Virus record (IMG/VR): IMGVR_UViG_2808606532_000002
Span: 1 to 64,000 of that record
Length of the DNA stretch: 64,000 nucleotides
Strand: one strand, 5' to 3'
DNA from: a virus
Taxonomy: Duplodnaviria; Caudoviricetes
The translations under genes and the position numbers were made by a program. The notes below the pieces were generated by a model. That model did no database searches. It saw only the letters and a list, made by a program, of their open reading frames with translations, and was not told the DNA's origin. Of the stretch, positions 10,235-20,475 are shown one piece after another. Each line of letters opens with the position of its first letter. The first letter of the stretch is position 1.

Positions 10235-10495
10235 CTATCGAAGGGAATTATAGTTAGGCCCGAATTTACCAATAAAAAACAATGTAGCAAGGATGCAAAT
10301 AACACTCAACAGCCAACTATCAATATAAATAAAAGTTAGGAGTAAAACACTCACTAATAGCCCAATATGCCAATGTTTTATACAAAAATAAAGGGTTTCT
10401 AAGAGTATAGAAAGAAATGAGATACCAATGGATAAGGTAAAGCAGAGAGCCAAGAATATTAAAATAGGTACTAATAAGATAAATAGTCCAGACAT
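10235..10495 (-). CDS. Moron membrane protein 3 (about 3 TM)
   Basis: Hydrophobic ORF, AAGGAGG RBS, TTGACA at 10541-10546 on minus strand. Confidence 0.72.
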   Translation of the reverse strand: MSGLFILLVPILIFLALCFTLSIGISFLSILLETLYFCIKHWHIGLLVSVLLLTFIYIDSWLLSVICILATLFFIGKFGPNYNSLR

Positions 10496-10571
10496 ATATC
10501 CTCCTTTTTTTGAAAGAGATTACGCCATTTTTATTAGATATGTCAATTATTATTGATAAAGAGAGAAAACC

Positions 10572-13221
10572 ATGAGTCAAAATCTAAAAATACAAGTATT
10601 GCTGAATGCGATTGATAAATTGACAGCTCCTTTTCGCAGTGCATCAAAACAAATAAAATCAACATCATCAGCAATAAAAGCCAATAAAAACTTATTAAAA
10701 AAATTAGAAAGTGCGCAAGAACGAGTTAAAAAAACAGGTTTACCACAAGCGCAAGAAAGGCTAAAAAATAAAATTGAGCAAACCACTCAAGCGATAAAGA
10801 AACAAAACCAAGCACTTGATAGATTAAATAAACAAGCCAAAAAGCAAGCTCAATATGATGCAAATGTAAAATTACTAAAAAAGGCGAACCAATTTACTTC
10901 TAACTTTGGACAGAGTTCAATGATGCATGGCGCAGCGGTATTAGGAGGTGGTTCATTTGCAATGAAACCAGCTTTAAATTTTGAAGAAGAATTTTCCAGA
11001 GTGCAGTCGCTGACTAGACTCGATAAAACAAAAGACGCAGAAAAAATAAAACAACTACGCGACCAAGCTAAGCACTTAGGTGCAACAACATCTTTTACTT
11101 CTGGTGATGTGGCAGCAGGACAAAGTTATTTAGCAATGGCTGGGTTTAACCAACGTCAAATTTTAGATTCTATGCCGTCAATACTAAATATGACTAAAGC
11201 TGCTGGAATGGAAATGGGACGAGTATCTGATATTAGTTCTGATATATCTTCCGGATTTAAGATACCAGCAGAAGAAATGAATAGAGTTGCTGATGTGCTA
11301 ACTTTAACTTTTACGTCATCGAATACAAATCTTGAATTATTGGGTGAGACAATGAAATATCTCGGCCCAATCGCATCATCAACAGGACAAGATTTTGAAA
11401 CGATGTCTGCTATGGTTGGATTACTGGGTAATGTGGGGATAAAAGGTTCTCAAGCTGGTACATCGTTGAGAGCGGCAATGTTGCGATTGGCGGGTCCTCC
11501 TAAACAGGCTAAAGAGGCATTAGATAAGTTAGGTGTATCCGCTAAAGATGCAAAAGGTAATATGCGTTCAATGACGGATATTTTAATTGATGTCAGCAAA
11601 AAAACCGAAAAAATGGGTAGTGCTAAAAAAATGGAGTACTACAAAGCCATTTTTGGAGCTGAAGCAGCCACGGCAATGGTTGAATTAGTAAATCAAGCAG
11701 GGACAAAAGGAATTCAAGAATTTGCAGAACAATTAAAAAATGCGTCTGGAACAGCAGAAAAAGTAGCTAAAACAATGTCAGATAATGTCATTGGTGATTT
11801 AAAAAATTTACAAAGTGTAGCTGAGTCTATCTCAATTTCTATTTTTGATGAAACAAATAGCGAAATTAGAGAAATGATCCAGCTGTTAAGTGGAGCCTTA
11901 AGGGAGATCAATGAATGGATAAAGCAAAATCCCAAACTTACCGCAACTATTATGAAATGGTTTGCTGGATTAGGCTTAGGGCTAGTTGTAATTGGTGCTT
12001 TAAACTTAGCATTGAGTTATTTGTTTTATCCTGTTTGGCGGATGATTTTACTTTTAAGCAAATTAAGCGAGGCATGGACATTTGGTAAGGTATTATTATT
12101 CGGCAAAACCCTAGCAGATGGTTCAAAGAAAGCAGGCTTATTTGCAAAAGCGGGCAATTTATTAGGGCGAGTTTGGAAAGCGGTTCCTAAAGTATTTTCT
12201 ACCGCATGGAAATTTGTGGTAATGCTTGGACAAAATTTCGTTAAATATATCCTACTCTTTGGCAAAACCTTAATTAGCGTGATACCTAAAATTATGGCAT
12301 TTAGTGCCGCTCTCTTCACTAATCCAATCTTTTGGGTTATTGCGGGAATTGTTGCCTTAATCGCTGGATTATATTTACTTTGGAAACATTGGGACAAAGT
12401 CAAAAAAGCCTTAATTGCTGGTTGGAATTGGGTTAGCCAAATCTTTGAACAAAATCCGATTTTAAATGTGTTATTCCCAATTGTGCCACTTATTAAAGGT
12501 ATTATCTGGGTAATTCAAAATTGGGGGGGTAATTGTTGATACAGTAAGTAATGCAATCAGCGGTGCTTGGGAAAAACTCAAAACCAAAGCAAGTGAGGTA
12601 TGGACAAGTATTAAAAATTGGTTTGCAGATGCCTTAAAACCGCTTGAAAGTCTAAAAAGTGGTGTGCAATGGCTTATAGATAATCTCAGTAAAATTTCAT
12701 GGGACGGCATTAAGCAAGGTGCAAAAGACCTTGGCAATAACATCAAAAACTATGCTGATGAAAAAGCGACTCAGGCAGGTAATTGGGCTCGTGACAAATG
12801 GCAAAGAACTAAAGATTTTTTTAGTTTTAGCTCGGGTGGTTATACTGGCAACGGTGGCAAATACGCCCCAGCTGGTATCGTACATAAAGGCGAATATGTC
12901 ATGACCAAAGAAACAACATCACGCCTTGGTGTACCTCTACTTAATGCTCTTAACTACGGTAAAAAAGCCATGCTGACGGCTGGCGTGGGAATGACGGTTG
13001 CCACGGCACAACCTTTTGTTATTGATAACAGACCGCCATTAAATCCAAGCGCCACGCATAATCCACAAAGCACAAGCCAACCGATGCAAGTGACTATTAA
13101 TATCAATGCAACGACAGGACAAAGTGCTGTAGATATTGCAAGAGAAGTGGAAAAAGCCTTAGTGCGTATTGAGCAACAAAAACAAGCTCGTGTAAGATCC
13201 AGTTTAAGAGATAGAGATTAA
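10572..13221 (+). pseudogene. T: Tail tape measure protein (TP901-core type), frameshifted at a G7 run
   Basis: LGATTSFT, LAMAGF, GIKGSQAGTSLR; C-terminal GYTGNGGKYAPAGIVHKGEYV; removing one G from 12523-12529 fuses 10572..12539 with 12664..13221. Confidence 0.88.
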
Positions 13222-13223
13222 TT

Positions 13224-13246
13224 AAAAGGGCGAAAGCCCTTTTTTA
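13224..13246 (+). terminator. Intrinsic terminator after tape measure gene
   Basis: AAAAGGGC GAAA GCCC followed by a T run. Confidence 0.85.
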
Positions 13247-13285
13247 TTGAAAAAAGTCTTTATTTCATAGAAAAAATCAAGTAAT

Positions 13286-13921
13286 TTGTTGCTCAAGGAG
13301 CCGAAAAGCTATAATATTGTGCAAATTTTTGGGGGAACAATGACAAATTTTTCATTAAATCCTATTTTTGATGGATTAAAGCCGATATTTGCACAATGCA
13401 AAATAGCCGTGATGTCCGTTTTTATTCTCTCTCCAGTGGCATTTAGTGCCACTCAAAGCAACGTTGTTGAAAATAAACCTATTCAAATTCGTGGCATTAA
13501 TGCAATATCGCAACATACCAATACTGAATTAAATCAGTTTATTGATAATATGATTGGGTTAATTAATACCATTAATCCTTTTATTGATTTTACTACCCAA
13601 ATTGCCTATGAAATGGGGGCATTAATTACCGACCAAGATTTAATTGAGTTGGAACAAAGATTAAAAGACTTTAATCAAATTACACAACAAATAAAAGTGA
13701 ATATGCCACAATCTATTGAAAAAAATAAAATCTTTGTTGAAAAGTTGATGTCTCTTAGCCAAAAAATGACAATATTCTCTCAAGTTGTTAAAAGTGTAAA
13801 GTATAAAGCCATATCAGATAAAGTTGTTTCTACTCGCATTTATCAGGGAGAAGAAAGTATCGGTTATAGATTTAATGCCGAACATAATTTTGATGAGTTC
13901 AAAAAATTGATATTAGCGTAG
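13286..13921 (+). CDS. Hypothetical moron protein (possible partner of downstream toxin-like gene)
   Basis: AT-rich ORF; probable start ATG 13340 after GGGGGA; 5 bp from next gene. Confidence 0.65.
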   Translation: MLLKEPKSYNIVQIFGGTMTNFSLNPIFDGLKPIFAQCKIAVMSVFILSPVAFSATQSNVVENKPIQIRGINAISQHTNTELNQFIDNMIGLINTINPFIDFTTQIAYEMGALITDQDLIELEQRLKDFNQITQQIKVNMPQSIEKNKIFVEKLMSLSQKMTIFSQVVKSVKYKAISDKVVSTRIYQGEESIGYRFNAEHNFDEFKKLILA

Positions 13922-13926
13922 CAATT

Positions 13927-14367
13927 ATGGCTGAGATGATAATTGACTTATCTGGAGAATTTAAGGAAGGGCGTTTGAATACGCCTTTTTTTAAAGACGT
14001 TCAGTATATGAATGAGGATGAATTAAAAATCCTTTTCCAATTTATGCAAGATGTGGGGACATGAAAACCATTACGGGGTAAAAATAAACCATCTTGGCTC
14101 AATGATAACCTTGATAGACTTCCTAATACTGAATTTTATGAACAACATAACATTTGGCATTATCATTGTGGTCCTTATCCTGAAAGCACTCGCTTAAACC
14201 AAATCCGCCATTTAAAATTTAATTTGAATGGAGAAACATCAAGCGCAGTTATTCATTATCAAAAAATAAGTGATAACCATATCTTTATATTAGCTTATTC
14301 GCCACAGCATGAGCCTTTTCCTAAAGAAAGTGATATACCTAATCCATTATTACAAAGATTAAAATAG
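13927..14367 (+). pseudogene. WHYH-motif toxin/nuclease-like protein with in-frame TGA at 14062-14064
   Basis: Hand translation: MAEMIIDLSGEFK...QDVGT*KPLRGKNKPSW...IWHYHCGPY...SSAVIHY...LAYSPQHEPFP; missing from ORF track. Confidence 0.7.
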
Positions 14368-14375
14368 ATTCATAT

Positions 14376-14609
14376 TTGTCTGCTCAATCAAATAGTGTTA
14401 GGATTGTGAAAATTAAAGCGGAGGTTTATATGTTGCTGAAAGAAAAAGGCTATGATGATTTTGTCAAAGATTGCGTACAAAAAGGGCGTGATGAATTAGA
14501 TGCAGGACTAGGTGTTAGTCTAGAACAGGCAAAAGAAAGTTCACGTAAACTGATTGAACGTAAAGCAAAAGAATTAGAAAGCCTTAACGGAAAAGTGGCT
14601 TATGCCTAA
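14376..14609 (+). CDS. Antitoxin of RelE/ParE pair
   Basis: Small ORF (likely start 14430) with GRDELDAGLGVSLEQA motif, overlapping the toxin start. Confidence 0.75.
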   Translation: MSAQSNSVRIVKIKAEVYMLLKEKGYDDFVKDCVQKGRDELDAGLGVSLEQAKESSRKLIERKAKELESLNGKVAYA

Positions 14610-14886
14610 AGTTATCATTCTTCCACAAGCCTTAAATCAAATTAATGAAATCATTGAAAATGTTATTGAATTTACAGGCTATGAAGCAAGTGGCATTCGT
14701 TTATTTGAAGATATTTACGATAAAATAGATCAAATTGCATTTATGCCTCTTGCGGCAGGTCGCTTAAGAGATGATGGAACTAGAGAGGCTTTTGTTAGAC
14801 GTTATCGTATTGTCTATGAAATTAAAGAAAATCATATTTTTATCTTAACTGTTATCCATAGCAGCCGAATTTACCCTCAACCATAA
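14602..14886 (+). CDS. RelE/ParE family toxin
   Basis: GTREAFVRRYRIVYEI...ILTVIHSSR. Confidence 0.88.
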   Translation: MPKVIILPQALNQINEIIENVIEFTGYEASGIRLFEDIYDKIDQIAFMPLAAGRLRDDGTREAFVRRYRIVYEIKENHIFILTVIHSSRIYPQP

Positions 14887-14906
14887 AGCGAGATTTACTC
14901 GCTTTT

Positions 14907-14925
14907 TGTTATCTCCATTTTAACA
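14907..14925. promoter_or_regulatory. Putative late-activator site TGT-N13-ACA upstream of V
   Basis: TGTtatctccattttaACA. Confidence 0.55.
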
Positions 14926-14999
14926 ATTCCCCATACTACTCAAGTACGCTTAAATTTCTCAAAATGCTCTTTATTTCATATTGAGAAACGGTAATTGCG

Positions 15000-15578
15000 A
15001 TGCAAGCGGAATTTAACCGAAAATTAGAAAATATTGTGCGCTACGGTGTCGTAGCGGAAGTGGATCATGAAAAACGCCGTGCAAAAGTAAAAACGGGCAA
15101 TATCTTAACAGATTGGTTGCCTTGGTGTGCCCTCCGTGCTGGAACCACTAAAATCTGGTCACCAGTAACAAAAGGCGAACAAGTTATTCTTATCTCCCCA
15201 GCTGGCGAAATTAATAGCGGTTTTATTTTATCCGCTCTCTATACTTTTGAATTTGATACGCCGAGCTATTCACCCGATGAACATGTTATTCAATTTGCTG
15301 ATAATGCAACAATTCAGTACAACCAAGCCACAGGCGAACTAAAAGTCAGAGGAATAAAAACCGCACTTATTGAGGCTAGCACCAGTGTAACCCTCAAAAC
15401 GCCATTAGTTCATTGCACGCAAGATGTAAATGTTGACGGTAATGTCAATATTAAAGGTTCTGTTTCTGCACAAGGTGACATTCAAGCACAAGGCGACATA
15501 ACCGCAGGCACAGTATCGCTTAAAAACCATACTCATCAAGGCGATAGTGGCGGCATAACAGGAGCGCCAAATGGATAA
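15000..15578 (+). CDS. V: Baseplate spike protein V
   Basis: LTDWLPW, RAG, GEQV, C-terminal HTH (His-x-His) iron motif. Confidence 0.93.
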   Translation: MQAEFNRKLENIVRYGVVAEVDHEKRRAKVKTGNILTDWLPWCALRAGTTKIWSPVTKGEQVILISPAGEINSGFILSALYTFEFDTPSYSPDEHVIQFADNATIQYNQATGELKVRGIKTALIEASTSVTLKTPLVHCTQDVNVDGNVNIKGSVSAQGDIQAQGDITAGTVSLKNHTHQGDSGGITGAPNG

Positions 15579-15927
15579 AAATACAGGGCGTTATTGCGAT
15601 AACGAAAATGCACATCTACGGCAATCCATTTCAGATATTTTACTTACGCCCATTGGATCACGTATTCAGCGACGTGATTATGGCAGTTATATTTTTGAGC
15701 TTATCGACCGCCCTATTTCAAAAGCCTTAATGTTGCAACTGGCTGTGGCATCTGTCATTGCCTTAAAAAAATGGGAACCTCGCATAGAAGTGACTCGCTT
15801 TTATGTCGATATTGAACCAGAACAGGCCAAGATAACGGCGAATATGGACTTTATCCGCAAAGAAGACAAAGAAAAAATAAACTTTAATCAAATTGTATTA
15901 GGGACAAGAAATGAGCGAACTCGTTGA
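15571..15927 (+). CDS. W: Baseplate wedge protein W (gp25-like)
   Basis: HLRQSISDILLTPIGSRIQRRDYGS, WEPRI. Confidence 0.93.
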   Translation: MDKNTGRYCDNENAHLRQSISDILLTPIGSRIQRRDYGSYIFELIDRPISKALMLQLAVASVIALKKWEPRIEVTRFYVDIEPEQAKITANMDFIRKEDKEKINFNQIVLGTRNERTR

Positions 15928-16825
15928 TTTATCTAGGTTAGATGCGCCAAAAGTCCTAGAAAATCTGGATTTTGAACAACTTCTTGCGCAACGCAAGGCG
16001 CAATTTATCGCCCTCTATCCAGCGGATAAACAAGCCTATTGGCAAACAGTGTTATCTCTCGAGAGCGAACCAATTAACAAACTATTGCAAGAAAATTGTT
16101 ATTTACAGTTATTGGAGCGCAAACGTATTAATGAGGCAGCAAAAGCAACCATGCTAGCTTATGCAACAGGCTCAGATCTTGACGTTATTGCCGCTAATTT
16201 TAACGTGAAACGCTTGGTCATACAGGAGGCAGATTACAGTGTTAATCCGCCAATAGAACAAGAACTGGAAAGTGATACTGACTTACGTTTACGTTGCCAA
16301 TTGGCATTTGAAGGCTTATCTGTTGCTGGTCCTCGTTCTGCTTATGTGTTTCATGCGTTATCTGCCCATGCTGATGTTGCCGATGTTTCTGTTGTATCGC
16401 CTTCGCCAGCCAATGTGACAGTGACAATTTTAGCCAAACAAGGCAATGGTACCGCCAATGAAGACGTATTAAACGCAGTTACTAAACGGCTAAATGATGA
16501 AAGCATTCGCCCTATTGCAGATCGTGTCATGGTGCAAAGTGCAACTATTCATAATTACCAAATTCATGCCAAGTTACATATTTATCGTGGTCCAGAATAT
16601 GAACCCATAAAAAAAGAGGCGCAAGCAAAAATCCAAAAATATACCGAAGATAAGCGCAGATTGGGGCGAGATATTACCTTATCGGGTATCTATGCCGCCT
16701 TACATATCGAAGGGGTACAACGAGTGGAATTATTACAACCACAAGCAGATATTGTCTTACCGAATAATAAAGCGGGCTTTTGCAATAACATCAACATTGA
16801 ACTGGTAACCGCAGATGATTATTGA
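15911..16825 (+). CDS. J: Baseplate assembly protein J
   Basis: VDLSRLDAP, ESDTDLRLR, LSVAGPRSAY, RPIADRV. Confidence 0.93.
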   Translation: MSELVDLSRLDAPKVLENLDFEQLLAQRKAQFIALYPADKQAYWQTVLSLESEPINKLLQENCYLQLLERKRINEAAKATMLAYATGSDLDVIAANFNVKRLVIQEADYSVNPPIEQELESDTDLRLRCQLAFEGLSVAGPRSAYVFHALSAHADVADVSVVSPSPANVTVTILAKQGNGTANEDVLNAVTKRLNDESIRPIADRVMVQSATIHNYQIHAKLHIYRGPEYEPIKKEAQAKIQKYTEDKRRLGRDITLSGIYAALHIEGVQRVELLQPQADIVLPNNKAGFCNNINIELVTADDY

Positions 16826-17369
16826 TGAAACTATCCCAAAAGTAACCGCACTTTTGCCTTTAGGCAGTAGTGAATTAGAGCGTAAGGCAGCCGAAGTTTT
16901 ACAGTTCGCTGTCCGCAATCCCATTATTATTGCAGATTTAATTAATCCAGAACGTTGCCCTGTTAATCTTTTACCTTATTTAGCTTGGGCATTTAGCGTC
17001 GATAAATGGGACGAACATTGGACAGAAGAAGTTAAACGCATTGCCATTAAACAGGCTTTTTTAATCCACAAATACAAAGGCACGATTAGCGCCATTAGAC
17101 GAGTCGTTGAGCCAATCGGCTATTTAGTGGAATTAAAAGAATGGTTCAATATGCAACCGCAAGGCACTCCGGGAGCATTTAGTATCACAGTTGAGGTATC
17201 TGAAAGCGGATTAAATGAACAAACCTATAACGAATTAGTGCGACTTATTGATGATGCGAAACCTGTATCACGCCACTTAATTCAACTCGCCATTGCTATA
17301 TCACCAACAGGCAATTTAAATCATTTTATTGGGCAATATAGTGGCGAAATTATCACAATCTATCCATAG
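16815..17369 (+). CDS. I: Tail protein I
   Basis: CPVNLLPYLAWAFSVDKWD, KGTISAIRR, AKPVSRHL. Confidence 0.93.
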   Translation: MIIDETIPKVTALLPLGSSELERKAAEVLQFAVRNPIIIADLINPERCPVNLLPYLAWAFSVDKWDEHWTEEVKRIAIKQAFLIHKYKGTISAIRRVVEPIGYLVELKEWFNMQPQGTPGAFSITVEVSESGLNEQTYNELVRLIDDAKPVSRHLIQLAIAISPTGNLNHFIGQYSGEIITIYP

Positions 17370-17386
17370 ATAACCAAGGAAAGAAC

Positions 17387-19582
17387 ATGGCAAAAACCTA
17401 TTATTCTGTATTAACACAATATGGTACACAGCTGATTACCTCCGCTATTGCCCAAAAACAGCCTTTGCAATTATTAAAAATGGCAATTGGTGATGGAAAT
17501 GGACAAGCTATCACGCCAGAACCCAGTGCTACAAGATTAGCACGACAAGTTTATAGCAATAATGTTAGTGCAATCTCGGTTGATCCAAGAAATAACAAAC
17601 AAGTCATCTTTGAATTAACCATTCCAGAAACAGAAGGCGGTTTCTGGATTAGAGAAATTGGGCTTTTAGATAATCAAAATAGACTTGTTGCTTATGCAAA
17701 TTGCCCAGAAAGTTTTAAACCCACGGTATCAAGCGGTAGTGGTAAGGTGCAAGTTATTCGCTTAATTTTAGCCGTATCATCATCTGATGCTTTTGAATTA
17801 AGTGTAGATAATACGGTTATCTTTGCCAAAACAGGACAGGTTAGCCCGAAAAAAATTGATGCGACCAGCCAAAATACCGTTGATGATAATGGGCATGCTC
17901 ACGCCATTGCACAAGCTAGCACAAGTGAAAAAGGAATTGTGCAACTCACTAACGACACAGGCTTAGACAGCGAAAACCTAGGCTTAACCGCAAAAGCGGG
18001 TAAGATTTTAGCCCAAGGGATAGCCGCATTAAGGCTTGCGTTAAATAATTACATCCCTAACAGCAAAAAATCCGATGCAACCGATAGCAATAGCTCCGAT
18101 ACAGTCGCTACATCAAAAGCTGTCAAAGAGGTTAAAGAAATCGCTGAAAGCAAACAATCCCCAGCAACAACCCTAGAAGGCTACGGCATTGCTAATTTTA
18201 AAATCGAACAAAGCACGGGCAATGCCAATGACTATAAAACTGACGGTAATTATTATTTTGCTAGCGGTCAAAATTTGCCAGATAGCAATGCTTGGCATAT
18301 TGAAGTGGTAAGCGGTGGACAGGCTAATGCCGTGCGACAAATCGCCAGAAAAGCTAATGACACAAAAATCAAAACCCGCTTTTTTAATGGCTCAAGTTGG
18401 AGCTCTTGGAAAGATACTGGCGGTGATGGCATACCTATTGGGGCTATTGTAGCATTCCCCAAAGAGGTAACTAATCCACAAGGATTTTTGTTAGTAGAGG
18501 ATTTAACATTTAATCCACAAACCTATCCCGATTTATACCGCACTTTAGGCAATAAAAACAAAGTGTCTAATATCAAGCGGTCAGATGTGGGAATGTTGGC
18601 GTATTTTCCAACGGATAATATCTCTGATGGTTGGATTGACTTTGATAGCATTCGCACCACGGTCACACAACAAAATTATCCAGAGCTTTATCAGCATTTA
18701 GTGGCGAAATATGGTTCAATCAATAATGTCCCGTTGGCTGAGGATAGATTTATTCGCAGTGTAGGACGAGGCTTAACAGTTGGACAAATACAGGATGACG
18801 AACTGAAATCTCATACTCACAGATATCCCTTATCTCATCCTGAGTCATCTAATGGTATTAATCAATCCAATTGGACAGATAGCGTAATTAAAACGATAGA
18901 TATAACTTTAGGTAAAGATCCTGAACCATCAGATAACAGATGGGCACGCTCAACACAAGCTGAAGCCTATGAAGGCGGAAGTGAGACTCGCCCTAAGTCA
19001 ATCGTATTTAAGCTCTGCATCAAGGCAAAAAATAGTTTTGATGATGTGCGTTTTTGGATTAAGGCATTTGGCGAAGTAGTCAATATTGGCGAATTAGATG
19101 CTGGTAGATTGGCAGTTAGCATTCAAGAAATACGCAAAGAAAATCAGGTATTGCAACAAACGCTAGAGCAAAAAGGCGAAGAAATCAAAGGAGAGGTTGA
19201 CTCACGTGTTGAGACACGACTGAAAAAGCTTACAACAGACTTAGTCAAAGCAAAACAGCCTGAGGTTGTTTGGAAAGGTAACGCACAACAAAACGACTCA
19301 ACAATAATCACTTTGTCTAAATCAATTACAGACAAAACGGTTATTTTATACTTACAAAATAATGCAAATGCGACAAATTGGTGGCAACAAGGCGAACTTC
19401 ACTCGGTAAGTTTTTATTTGGACGGTTGGTTTGCATTAAAAGAAGTAACCGCAAAAAAATATATAAACACAACGGCTCATATTAACGGCTGGAATACTTT
19501 CAAAATTGAAATAGTAAGCCAAAATCAGATCCGTTTGATTGATATTGGCGGCTTATATTTAAAACAAATCTCAGCAATTTAG
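17387..19582 (+). CDS. H: Tail fibre protein H
   Basis: gpH N-terminus (GGFWIREIGL, ANCPESFKP), fibre repeats (KGIVQL, ATSKAVK), collar-like domains. Confidence 0.92.
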   Translation: MAKTYYSVLTQYGTQLITSAIAQKQPLQLLKMAIGDGNGQAITPEPSATRLARQVYSNNVSAISVDPRNNKQVIFELTIPETEGGFWIREIGLLDNQNRLVAYANCPESFKPTVSSGSGKVQVIRLILAVSSSDAFELSVDNTVIFAKTGQVSPKKIDATSQNTVDDNGHAHAIAQASTSEKGIVQLTNDTGLDSENLGLTAKAGKILAQGIAALRLALNNYIPNSKKSDATDSNSSDTVATSKAVKEVKEIAESKQSPATTLEGYGIANFKIEQSTGNANDYKTDGNYYFASGQNLPDSNAWHIEVVSGGQANAVRQIARKANDTKIKTRFFNGSSWSSWKDTGGDGIPIGAIVAFPKEVTNPQGFLLVEDLTFNPQTYPDLYRTLGNKNKVSNIKRSDVGMLAYFPTDNISDGWIDFDSIRTTVTQQNYPELYQHLVAKYGSINNVPLAEDRFIRSVGRGLTVGQIQDDELKSHTHRYPLSHPESSNGINQSNWTDSVIKTIDITLGKDPEPSDNRWARSTQAEAYEGGSETRPKSIVFKLCIKAKNSFDDVRFWIKAFGEVVNIGELDAGRLAVSIQEIRKENQVLQQTLEQKGEEIKGEVDSRVETRLKKLTTDLVKAKQPEVVWKGNAQQNDSTIITLSKSITDKTVILYLQNNANATNWWQQGELHSVSFYLDGWFALKEVTAKKYINTTAHINGWNTFKIEIVSQNQIRLIDIGGLYLKQISAI
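18052..18756 (+). repeat. Long inverted repeat A, copy 1 (fibre mid-section)
   Basis: 705 bp highly similar to the reverse complement of 23942..24646. Confidence 0.93.
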
Positions 19583-19584
19583 GA

Positions 19585-20181
19585 GTGAAAATGAACGTTT
19601 ATTTTTTGAAATCAAATCTTAAGCAATATCAAATAGAGCCTATTCCCTCAAACCTTGCGGACTTTGTGGAGACAGAGATGGATTATTCAGACTTAGACCG
19701 CTTACAGATGATTAAATACCAAGGCGAGTTTATTTTGGTAAAAAAACAGCCTTCTGAATTGCATATTTGGAACGGTAAAGAGTGGATAATTGATAGTGAA
19801 ACATTGGCAAAACTCAAAGCCGAACAACAAGCGCAAATGTGGGAGAAAATCAAGCAGCGTCGCTATGATAACGGCTTACGGGGCGTGTATGTAGCACGGG
19901 TGGATAAGTGGTTCCAAACAGGCGAAGAAGAGAAGACTAAATATTTAGGTTTGGACAAAGTGATTGACAAGCTAGGAAAAATTCAATGGAAGACTTACGA
20001 CAATTCTTTTGTTGAATTAGACCGCACTTTGCTTGATGAAATCTTCTTGCAAATGGTTGTCACCGAAAATGCCGACCATATCAACGCAGAAAAGCACAGA
20101 ATGGCGATGATGAGCGTAGAAAATCCGCTGGAATATGATTATTCGAGCGGTTGGGCGGAAATCTATGAGGAGGGTAAATAA
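19585..20181 (+). CDS. Tail fibre assembly/chaperone protein (DUF4376-like C-terminus)
   Basis: Follows the fibre; PSELHIWNGKEW, KWFQTG, WKTYDNSFV, YDYSSGW. Confidence 0.8.
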   Translation: MKMNVYFLKSNLKQYQIEPIPSNLADFVETEMDYSDLDRLQMIKYQGEFILVKKQPSELHIWNGKEWIIDSETLAKLKAEQQAQMWEKIKQRRYDNGLRGVYVARVDKWFQTGEEEKTKYLGLDKVIDKLGKIQWKTYDNSFVELDRTLLDEIFLQMVVTENADHINAEKHRMAMMSVENPLEYDYSSGWAEIYEEGK

Positions 20182-20435
20182 TGGAGAAATTAAAAAATTA
20201 TTTTTACCATGTTTTTGTGGGACTTGACCAATTTTTAAATGCAGTCGCTGGCGGTGCCGCAGATGAAACCTTTTCAAGCCGTTGCTATCGTGGTGCAGTT
20301 TTAGCCAAACAGCCTAAAAAGCGTTGGCGATTTTGGTTTCATTTTGTCAATGGTTTGTTTTTTGACAAAAAACATTGCGAAATGGCCTATGAAAGCGAAG
20401 TAAAAAGACGGCAATATCCGCCTGAGTTCTCTAAG
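20021..20435 (+). repeat. Long inverted repeat B, copy 1
   Basis: 415 bp near-identical to the reverse complement of 22245..22659; begins at a USS. Confidence 0.93.
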
Positions 20436-20447
20436 GTTGAGGGTTGA
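20181..20447 (+). CDS. Conserved small phage protein (DQxxN...DETxSSR...HC motif)
   Basis: Near-identical paralogue at 22236..22499. Confidence 0.75.
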   Translation: MEKLKNYFYHVFVGLDQFLNAVAGGAADETFSSRCYRGAVLAKQPKKRWRFWFHFVNGLFFDKKHCEMAYESEVKRRQYPPEFSKVEG

Positions 20448-20475
20448 AAAAGAAAGAGTAAGGGCATACAATATA

